Assembly: GCA_043803805.1 (NCBI GenBank)
Contig: JAZDJP010000084.1
Coordinates: 121,462 to 185,461, forward strand
From: Planctomycetota bacterium
GTDB taxonomy: Bacteria; Planctomycetota; JAZDJP01
Length of the DNA stretch: 64,000 nt
Reading direction: 5' to 3'
A program made the position numbers and the translations under genes. The notes beneath the pieces were generated by a model. That model searched no databases and was not told where the DNA came from. It worked only from the letters and a program-made list of their open reading frames with translations. Positions 27,001 to 33,801 of this stretch are shown piece by piece (within the stretch, counting starts at the first letter, position 1; each line of letters opens with the position of its first letter).

Positions 27001-29695
27001 AGAGATCGTTGCGCTGATGCGGTGTCCTTTGCCTGAAGGGTTGGTGGATCGCGCAACACGATCGCGTCCGTCGGCAACATACGAAGTTGAGATACGTGCG
27101 GTCATTGAGGCAATTAATCTGTTACGCTCCACCTGTTCTGCCTCGACCTCCATGTTCCCTGAGGCGCAGTGTCCCTGGAAATCCTGGGGACAAGCACCGT
27201 TTGCTGTCGCGCGGGCATGGTGCGATGATCTTTGCGCGCACGCTGACGAGGCCAGCGATTGGGTGGAGTACCGGTCCGCAGTCGAAGATTTGAATAATGA
27301 GATCGGTGCGGAAATGGCTGATGCTCTACGAGCAGCCACGGACGACGGGGAAATGGTTCCCGATATCGTGCTTCGCCACGTGTATATTTCCTGGCTTGAA
27401 TACATCTACCAGGAAGTGCGTGAACTCCGATTCTCGCCGAAAGACTTGGAGGGCACCGTAAAAAAAGAGTTCAGAGAACTCGATGCGCGTCTCCCGCGAG
27501 CGGCGCGCGAACGCGTCCGGGCGAAATGTCTCGCGGCGTATCCCTCGGATCGATCGAACTCGAACGGCATGGGTGAACTCGGAGTGTTGGGCCATGAACT
27601 CTCGAAGCGAAAACGCCTGATGCCCGTTCGCAAGTTGGTGGCAAGGATTCCCAACTTGCTCCAACGGTTGAAACCCTGTTTTATGATGAGTCCATTGGCC
27701 GTGAGTCAGTACCTGCCGCGTGGCGTCACTGACTCCGACACCTTGGTCTTCGACGCGGTAATCTTCGACGAGGCTTCGCAGATCTTTCCGGAAGATGCGA
27801 TTCCCGCGATCGCGCGTGGTCGCCAGTGTATCGTCGTCGGCGACCAGCAACAACTTCCCCCTTCCAGTTTCTTCCGGAGCGAAGATGTAGTGGATGAAGA
27901 TGGCGAAGCGACGACGGACAATCGTTTGCTCGATGTCGAGAGCATCCTCGACGTTCTGGTCGGGATGCGCGGGGCTGGTGTGGACGATGTCCATTTGCAG
28001 GTGCATTACCGGAGTCAGCATGACGACCTGATTCGGTATTCGAACCACTACTTTTACGACGACCGACTGCTGACATTCCCCTCCGCTTTGGGCACTTGTA
28101 AAGGCTTGGGGATTCGATCCGTCTATTTACCAGAGGGACGTTTCGAAGCCGGTGGAAGCAGGACGAACCGGGTGGAGGCGGAACAGGTCGTTCGCATCGT
28201 ATTCGAGTTGATGGAAACGCAACCCCCGATCGAGAGCATCGGTGTCGTTGCGTTGTCGCGGCCGCAGGCGGACCTCATCCAGGAGTTGATCGATCAGTAT
28301 CGGTTGTCGGACCGGCGATTCGACGAACGGTTTTCCGATGAGATGCACGAACGTTTCTTCGTGAAGAACTTGGAGAACGTTCAGGGGGATGAACGAGATC
28401 ATGTTATCTTGAGCATTGGGTACGGTCCGACAACGGCCTCGGGCGCTGTGCCCAATCGGTTCGGTCCAATCAACGTTGAGGGTGGACATCGGCGTCTGAA
28501 CGTGGCTGTGAGCCGCGCTAGGAGAAGTATCACGGTTGTGCACTCGCTTCGCCCGGAAGACATTCACTCCGAGGTGGAGGGGGCCAGGTTGCTTCGCCGC
28601 TACCTTGAGTTCCTTAGAAGCGGCGAGGCGTCAATTGAAGGCGTTGTGAATTCATCACCCGGCGGTGAAGCCGAGAGCCCGTTCGAGGATGCCGTGGGTC
28701 GCGCGTTGGAGCGATTGGGATATCGCATCGCACGCCAAGTGGGATGCGCGAAGTACTCGATCGATATCGCGGTCAAATCCGAGGACGGGAGCGGGTTCGA
28801 CCTTGCGATCGAGTGCGATGGCGCCGCCTATCACAGATCACCGAGTGCGCGAGATCGTGACCGGTTGCGTCAGGAGATTCTTGAACGCATGGGATGGCAG
28901 GGGCGAATTCATCGTGTCTGGTCGACGGCATGGATTCGAAACCCGAAAGCAGAACTTGCTGCGATTGAACATGCCATACGTGAAGCGCGTTCCGCACCAC
29001 GCGGGGGGCATACGTCAGCAAGCCTTCGCTTTGAAGTGCCGCCGAAGACACAGACTGCGACGCGTCAGGAAGGACATATCACCCCCAATCCATCTTCCGC
29101 GATGCCAGCGATAGAACGCCCACTGCTCGCAACCTATGTGAAAGTGGATCTGGATTGCTTCGCTAACGTCACCGATTTGAGACAGGTGCCTTCGTCACGA
29201 GTTGCGGATATGATTGATGTTGTCGTGAAAGTGGAGGGTCCCGTCCACGTCGATATAGTAGTCGAACGCATTCGGCGCCACTATCGGTTCGGTCGTGCAG
29301 GACGGCTCGTTCGAGACGCGGTACTGGCGGGATTGAAGGTGGCGCTTCGACGCGGAACCGTTCTGTGGTTGCCTCTGCTGGTCTCCAACAAGCAAAGGAG
29401 TGACTTCCTCGTCGTGGCCGCGGATCTGGAGATTGTGCCCCGCGGCCCCTTGCAGGATGGGACAGTGCGAGATATTGACCATCTCTGTGATGATGAGATC
29501 GAGGTTGCCGTGGTGCGTGTCGTGCGTGCGATGGTTGGCGCGACGAAGAACGAGGTGGTCACAACAACAGCTCGCGCGTTAGGCTATGCTCGAATTAGCG
29601 ACCACATCGAAAAACGTATATGCAAGTCAGTCGACCGGCTAATTGAGACGCGGAAACTTGTCGAACGGGTAGGTTCCTTGGTGTTGTGTGATTGA
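24053..29695 (+). CDS. 1880-aa DUF4011 / SF1 (Upf1-like AAA_11+AAA_12) helicase / Vsr-DUF559-like endonuclease / DUF3320 protein; Hhe-like candidate antiphage defence protein
   Basis: GTG start with the GGAGG-containing stretch gacggagg 7 bp upstream. DUF4011 hallmark LLQLDRRNALLYF. Walker A LVIHGPPGTGKSQTIAN. Walker B/motif III VIFDEASQ...CIVVGDQQQLPP. Motif IV HYRSQ, motif V NVQGDERDHVILSIGYG, motif VI LNVAVSRAR. Nuclease block YSIDIAVKSEDGSGFDLAIECDGAAYHRSPSARDRDRLRQEILERMGWQGRIHRVWSTAW. DUF3320-like tail. G+C is lower than the flanks. Confidence 0.8.
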   Translation: MPVSNASRQQVVVEAVRQWQTRLLQLDRRNALLYFSMGRRGITLRNIEPNVLLERLATSRSGLAFTYAEQTRASGGDHFDIPAASDDAELEPQVRVRPGDLDTDLAPLELQKRLGALNRRSREWQEEQGLNVLFIALGFLRWVDEDQEPACSPILLVSCELKHESPRDPYALVGEDSDDAVVNPTLRHKLTTAANIILPEIGEETVAEYLAAVSRLIAGREGWSVETTIVVATFPFSKLAMWQDLDQMASTGVTHPLVCRLAGDADVPIEESESGAVAIPKDDIRLQGAKLDDLLDVRDQHAVVDADFSQLRAITLARSGKNLVIHGPPGTGKSQTIANIIATLIAEGRRVLFVSEKTAALDVVKRRLADVGLGAFCLDLHSDRGKKASVYAQLREARDQPLAADADVFPYERLLARRHELNTTVRALHEVRQPLGLSVFTVHGRVAAIREVPQVNVLVRDVATLDEDRLRRIQDAARRIARRILEFCDHHTSRWRALGAVAPSPRLADAIRGDLMAISSAIDSIVRVLARASAACGVDAPTTLVEAENLLRLLSHLMNAPGSVPAQWIESEGLGRARDSGDALRQELADRKRYLDTLSSSISGAPPGLRSLDWLDIAHAVAAEATRWARVAGSEWDTVLLANPRICATKWNDISTSLDAHLEASIHLQVMLGVTQPNDSRAAAESAVSVATRLLRIGKVPVTWNSLEATTGICSVVTAAHKLRDELVAMRRTLGSLFGPEIVECVDDKMLVRFRTDHQSFWRWLRPAYRHDYRMIRGCLKQPVKLSLDACVKAIEQSLAVRKLRSRWAETEHQLQVVLGDRFAGLESDWTGIESDLVAVADIYREFPAQTVAIRSILVDAPTLALLNDAIRAVKERATVLDTIWPEGLSHRDAHIPDMSSDARAFANTSGRIGDIVDALGPFVRPLVNLDGLIKLLKVCVQLQKLEEHAAAVFETRSREIGTLFSGWSTDFDIFNRTIAWTQEIVALMRCPLPEGLVDRATRSRPSATYEVEIRAVIEAINLLRSTCSASTSMFPEAQCPWKSWGQAPFAVARAWCDDLCAHADEASDWVEYRSAVEDLNNEIGAEMADALRAATDDGEMVPDIVLRHVYISWLEYIYQEVRELRFSPKDLEGTVKKEFRELDARLPRAARERVRAKCLAAYPSDRSNSNGMGELGVLGHELSKRKRLMPVRKLVARIPNLLQRLKPCFMMSPLAVSQYLPRGVTDSDTLVFDAVIFDEASQIFPEDAIPAIARGRQCIVVGDQQQLPPSSFFRSEDVVDEDGEATTDNRLLDVESILDVLVGMRGAGVDDVHLQVHYRSQHDDLIRYSNHYFYDDRLLTFPSALGTCKGLGIRSVYLPEGRFEAGGSRTNRVEAEQVVRIVFELMETQPPIESIGVVALSRPQADLIQELIDQYRLSDRRFDERFSDEMHERFFVKNLENVQGDERDHVILSIGYGPTTASGAVPNRFGPINVEGGHRRLNVAVSRARRSITVVHSLRPEDIHSEVEGARLLRRYLEFLRSGEASIEGVVNSSPGGEAESPFEDAVGRALERLGYRIARQVGCAKYSIDIAVKSEDGSGFDLAIECDGAAYHRSPSARDRDRLRQEILERMGWQGRIHRVWSTAWIRNPKAELAAIEHAIREARSAPRGGHTSASLRFEVPPKTQTATRQEGHITPNPSSAMPAIERPLLATYVKVDLDCFANVTDLRQVPSSRVADMIDVVVKVEGPVHVDIVVERIRRHYRFGRAGRLVRDAVLAGLKVALRRGTVLWLPLLVSNKQRSDFLVVAADLEIVPRGPLQDGTVRDIDHLCDDEIEVAVVRVVRAMVGATKNEVVTTTARALGYARISDHIEKRICKSVDRLIETRKLVERVGSLVLCD

Positions 29696-29729
29696 GTTCA
29701 TGGAAGTAAACGGGCTCAAATTGTAATTT

Positions 29730-29820
29730 GACGGAACGGAATCATGGCTTATCCCACCGTCGAACCGGATTGCATCCGGGGCCTCGCGCGCCGCGTGGCG
29801 GAAATCGCCGCGGAACCGCG
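29730..29820 (+). repeat. Direct repeat copy 1 of the URO-D-like gene leader plus first ~27 codons (~88% identical to 32358-32458)
   Basis: aacggaacggaatcATGGCTTATCCC...TGCATCCGGGGCCTCGCG(C/T)GCCGCGTGGCGGAAATCGCCGCGGAACCGCG is shared. Both copies encode MAYP...CIRGLA(R/C)RVAEIAAEPR. Confidence 0.7.
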
Positions 29821-29839
29821 CTCGATGGACGCTGGGGCG

Positions 29840-32173
29840 ATGAAGATGGGTCGGATTGCTTTCCGGGGCGCGTTGGCGCTGGCCTTCACGGTTTTTCTGG
29901 CCTTGCCCGCGCGCGCGGCCGAGCCGGACACGGCCGGCGACGCCGGCGGCTGGCGGCCGGTGGGCATCTCCGGGGGCGGCTCGATGTTCGGGCCGGCCAT
30001 CAGCCCGGTTGACCCCAGGCTCATGATCATCAATTGCGACATGAGCGGCGCCTACCGCTCGGCCGACGGCGGCCGGAACTGGCGGATGATCCACCACGCC
30101 CAGTTGGGCGGGAACACCTTCTGCCGCCCGGCGTTTCATCCCACGGAAGCCCGGACCGTCTTCGCCGCCTCCGGCTGGTCGGGAAATCTCAAGGTCAGTC
30201 GCGACGCCGGCGTGACGTGGGCGGACATCGGCAACCTCCCGGCCGGCCTCAAGGGCGAAATCGCCATTGACCCCGGGGAGCCCAAGATGATGCTCGCCGG
30301 CGTCAGGGATGAGGTCTGGCGCTCGGCCGACGGGGGCCTCACCTGGGCCAGGTGCGCCGGGCCCAAGGGCGCGGCGGCCGGCTTCCACTTCGACCAGACC
30401 AGCCCCTCCGGGCGGCGCCGGTGCTTCGCGGCCACCGCCGAGGGCGTCTGGCGCTCGGACGACGGCGGCGCGAACTGGGCGGAGAAGTCGGCGGGCCTGC
30501 CCTGGCGGGGGATGCGCAGTTTCGCGGGAGGGTCGAGCGCGGCCGGGAATGTCTGCGCGCTCTACGGTGCGGTGCCCAGCAGGGAGCAGGACGGCAAATT
30601 CGCCGGCGGCGTCTTCCGTTCGACCGACGGCGGCGAGATCTGGGAGTCGGCCATGGGCGAGGGGATCAACAAGGACGTCCGCGCCGCCGACCCGTGGGCC
30701 ATGGGCGGCATCGCCGAGTACCGCTGGGTGCTGGCCACGGACGCGAAGCCGCTCACGGTCTACGCGCTCAACACAAACACCGGCGTGAAGCCGCCGCACC
30801 ACGCCACGGTCTACCGCTCCGACGACGGCGGGCGGACCTGGCGCGCCACATTCACGCCCGACCAGCGCTTCGGGGGCCTCAACGTCGAGCTCGACTGGCG
30901 CACGGCCGGCGCCGGGCAGTTCTACCAGGAGGTCCCCTTCGGCGCGGCGGTCTGCCCGTCGGATCCCGACCGGGTGGTCTTCTGCGGCTCGATGGGATGC
31001 TACCTCACCGAGGACGGTGGAAAGAGCTGGCGGTCGGGCCACACCGCGCGCGCCGCCGGCGACGCCGGCAAGGGGCCGGACTCCCGCTGGCTCTGCAACG
31101 GTCTGGTGGTCACCTCGACGTGGCATTACTACGCCGATCCCTTCGAGCCGCGGAGGCGCTACATCGCCTACACCGACATCGGCTTCGCGCGCTCGACGGA
31201 CGCGGGCGCGAGCTGGATGTGGTGGGGGCCGGGCCGCTGGGCGCCCTGGCAGAACACCTGCTACGAGCTCGCCTTCGATCCGGAGACCAGGGGCCGCGTC
31301 TGGGGCGCCTTCTCGAACGTCCACGACATCCCCAACGACAACGTCATCTCCGGCCGGCACAAGGCGGACCGCCCGGGAGGCGTCTGCTTGAGCGCCGATT
31401 TCGGCACGATCTGGAAACCCTGCGGAACGGGGCAGCCCGCCGCGCCGGCCACCGCGGTGGTCCTCGACCCCGGGAGCCGCGCCGGCGCGCGGACGCTCTA
31501 CGCGGCCTTCTTCGACCAGGGCGTATACAAGTCGGTGGACGACGGCGCGACCTGGACGAAGGCCGGCAAGGGGCTGGGCGCCCCCGGGAACATGCGCGTT
31601 TGCCGGCTGCATCGGCACCCCGACGGGACGCTCTTCGCGCTGGTCACCGCCAAGCGCGAGGGCAAGCGCTTCATCCCGGAGGGGCCGGGGCTCTACCGCT
31701 CGACGGACGGCGCGGCGATCTGGGAGCCGGCGGGCGCCTCGCGGCCGCTCCTCTGGCCCAAGGACTTCGCCGTCAACCCGCGCGACAGCCGGACCATCTA
31801 CGTGGCCGCGGCCGACGCGGGGGCGGAGAAGCAGGGCGGGCTCTACCGCACCTCTGACGGGGGAAAAACCTGGACGCTCCTGGCCCGCAAGGGGCCGGAG
31901 CACTTCGGCGTGGCGCTCCATCCCCGCCGGCCGGGCTGGATCTACATGACTCTCTGCGAGGGCGCGCCGGGATCGGGCCTGTGGCTCAGCCGCGACGACG
32001 GCGCCAGCTGGGCGCCCTTCGATGATCTGCCCTTCAGGAACATCCAGAGGGTGGAGTTCGTCCCGGGCGAGGAGTCCGTCATCTACGTGACCACCTTCGG
32101 CGGCAGCGTCTGGCGCGGGCCGGAGGAGCCGCGCGGGGGCGGAACCGTGGGGGGTGTGAACGGTGAATTGTAA
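29840..32173 (+). CDS. Secreted BNR/Asp-box repeat protein (sialidase/VPS10-like beta-propeller fold)
   Basis: Signal peptide MKMGRIAFRGALALAFTVFLALPARAAEP, then about eleven SxDxGxTW-type Asp-box repeats (SRDAGVTW, SADGGLTW, SDDGGANW, STDGGEIW, SDDGGRTW, TEDGGKSW...). The track ORF 29744..32173 adds a 32-aa N-terminal extension that is a duplicated leader of the downstream gene. Confidence 0.65.
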   Translation: MKMGRIAFRGALALAFTVFLALPARAAEPDTAGDAGGWRPVGISGGGSMFGPAISPVDPRLMIINCDMSGAYRSADGGRNWRMIHHAQLGGNTFCRPAFHPTEARTVFAASGWSGNLKVSRDAGVTWADIGNLPAGLKGEIAIDPGEPKMMLAGVRDEVWRSADGGLTWARCAGPKGAAAGFHFDQTSPSGRRRCFAATAEGVWRSDDGGANWAEKSAGLPWRGMRSFAGGSSAAGNVCALYGAVPSREQDGKFAGGVFRSTDGGEIWESAMGEGINKDVRAADPWAMGGIAEYRWVLATDAKPLTVYALNTNTGVKPPHHATVYRSDDGGRTWRATFTPDQRFGGLNVELDWRTAGAGQFYQEVPFGAAVCPSDPDRVVFCGSMGCYLTEDGGKSWRSGHTARAAGDAGKGPDSRWLCNGLVVTSTWHYYADPFEPRRRYIAYTDIGFARSTDAGASWMWWGPGRWAPWQNTCYELAFDPETRGRVWGAFSNVHDIPNDNVISGRHKADRPGGVCLSADFGTIWKPCGTGQPAAPATAVVLDPGSRAGARTLYAAFFDQGVYKSVDDGATWTKAGKGLGAPGNMRVCRLHRHPDGTLFALVTAKREGKRFIPEGPGLYRSTDGAAIWEPAGASRPLLWPKDFAVNPRDSRTIYVAAADAGAEKQGGLYRTSDGGKTWTLLARKGPEHFGVALHPRRPGWIYMTLCEGAPGSGLWLSRDDGASWAPFDDLPFRNIQRVEFVPGEESVIYVTTFGGSVWRGPEEPRGGGTVGGVNGEL

Positions 32174-32210
32174 TTTAGAGCAATTCACGATTAACGGAAT
32201 CCTCAGTGCC

Positions 32211-32333
32211 GCTCATGGTGAGCCCTTATGAATACCCGTTCATGGTGAGCATTCCTTTAAATTACAATAATTGTCGAACCACGAACCATGAGCAGAGCAC
32301 GGGCTCATCCTTCGACAGGCTCAGGATGAGCGG
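32211..32333. repeat. Intergenic motif cluster C (half-copy GCTCATGGTGAGCCCTT, full 23-mer, AATTGTAATTT boxes, TCAGGATGAGCGG box)
   Basis: Same elements as cluster A, located between the BNR gene and the URO-D-like gene. Confidence 0.55.
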
Positions 32334-32357
32334 TTTTATCAATTCGTGAACTGCTCT

Positions 32358-32458
32358 AACGGAACGGAATCATGGCTTATCCCGCCGGAGAACTGGAGTG
32401 CATCCGGGGCCTCGCGTGCCGCGTGGCGGAAATCGCCGCGGAACCGCGGATGACGGCG
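32358..32458 (+). repeat. Direct repeat copy 2 (native 5' end of the URO-D-like gene)
   Basis: See copy 1. Confidence 0.7.
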
Positions 32459-33595
32459 ATTCTCGCCCGCTGGCGCGACGTGAGCGCCCTTCGCAAACCC
32501 GACCGCGCCCCCGTCTGGTGCAAACCCGTCGGCTGCTGGTCCGAAATCCTTCCGACGTCGTCGCTTGTGTGCCGGGATCCCGGGTTGCGGGATATCGAGT
32601 TGGAACTTCGGAAAATCGTGTTCAAGCGCGAGGTGGACGATGATACGCCGGTACCTCCATACATCGAGGCGCCGGCGGTGTTTCAGGTCACGCCCAGGAA
32701 CATTTACGGCCTTGAGATCAATCACACGCCGTCCGATTCGCCCGGGGGCGCCTGGGCGTACGATCCGCCGCTGAAAAGCGAAGCGGATTTCGATCGTCTC
32801 GTCCTGCCGGAATACCATTACGACGCGGCCGCGACGCGGGCCAACCGCGACCGGATGCGGGAGATTCTCGGGGGCGTCCTTCCTGTGAAAGTGGCCGTGA
32901 ACGTGTCCTGGGAAGGGACGCTGGGGACCGCCGCGGCCAATCTGCGGGGGCTCGAGACGATGATGCTCGACACCCTGGATCATCCGGATTGGCTGCATCG
33001 GCTCATGGCGGTCGTCCGGGACGCCGCGCTACGCCATCTGGATTGCGCCGAAGCGACGGGGGTGCTGCGCACGAACGCGTACGACCCGATGATGGGGAGC
33101 GGCCCGGTCGGCGCCATTCCGCCTGGAGGCCGGCCGACGTGCGCCAACCTCTGGTGCATGGCCAATTCGCAGGAGTTTGATCAGGTGTCGCCCGCCGCGT
33201 GGCAGGAGTTCTGCCTCGAGTACCAGAAGCCGATTCTCCGGCGCTTTGGATTCACGGGATATGGGTGCTGTGAGAATCTGACGCGAAAACTGGATGGCGT
33301 GCTCACCATTCCCAACCTTCGCATCGTGACCTGCGGCGCCTGGACGAATCTGGACACGGTCATCGAAAAAACGAACCGCCGGTATTGCATCATGTGGCGG
33401 CAAAAGGCGTCCGACGTGGTTTTTGCCAGGCGGGAGGATGAGATCCGAGGGCCCCTGGAGGACGGCGCCCGGCGTCTGCGGGGATGTTATTACCAGATCG
33501 TCCTTCGCGAACTTCAGACGATGGCCGGCCATTCCGACCGGCTCCACGTCTGGACGCGGTTGGCGAAGGAGGCGGCGGAGAAATACGCATCGTGA
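32372..33595 (+). CDS. Uroporphyrinogen decarboxylase (URO-D)-like family protein
   Basis: 407-aa cytoplasmic protein whose overall pattern resembles the URO-D/MtaA-like family common in PVC genomes. Its first ~27 codons are duplicated upstream of the BNR gene. Confidence 0.35.
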   Translation: MAYPAGELECIRGLACRVAEIAAEPRMTAILARWRDVSALRKPDRAPVWCKPVGCWSEILPTSSLVCRDPGLRDIELELRKIVFKREVDDDTPVPPYIEAPAVFQVTPRNIYGLEINHTPSDSPGGAWAYDPPLKSEADFDRLVLPEYHYDAAATRANRDRMREILGGVLPVKVAVNVSWEGTLGTAAANLRGLETMMLDTLDHPDWLHRLMAVVRDAALRHLDCAEATGVLRTNAYDPMMGSGPVGAIPPGGRPTCANLWCMANSQEFDQVSPAAWQEFCLEYQKPILRRFGFTGYGCCENLTRKLDGVLTIPNLRIVTCGAWTNLDTVIEKTNRRYCIMWRQKASDVVFARREDEIRGPLEDGARRLRGCYYQIVLRELQTMAGHSDRLHVWTRLAKEAAEKYAS

Positions 33596-33615
33596 AAATT
33601 TTGTGAAAAAAGGGG

Positions 33616-33644
33616 TTGAAATTCCTGCTTGCGTGTGCTATTAT
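33616..33644 (+). promoter_or_regulatory. Near-consensus sigma70-type promoter (TTGAAA-17 bp-TATTAT)
   Basis: ttgaaa (33616-33621), a 17-bp spacer, then tattat (33639-33644), about 150 nt upstream of the ATG at 33802. The TTG of the -35 box is what the ORF track used as a spurious start for ORF 33616..36477. Confidence 0.4.
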
Positions 33645-33801
33645 GCGACTAAGTGGGTGTGCGTGGCGGAAACGGAATGCCGGACGAGGATGGGAGGTTC
33701 GTGTGGATGTCTTGTATTCTCCGGTGACCGATGTACGATTCCCGATGGTTCGCCGGCCAACGGTCAACGGAAACGCATTTCGTGAGAGGATGCCTTTTCC
33801 C

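Noticed and set aside
29639-32188. 849-aa minus-strand ORF (and plus-strand 30352..31857) overlapping the BNR gene
   Set aside because: Low-complexity alternative-frame artefacts. The BNR frame has a signal peptide and regular Asp-box repeats.
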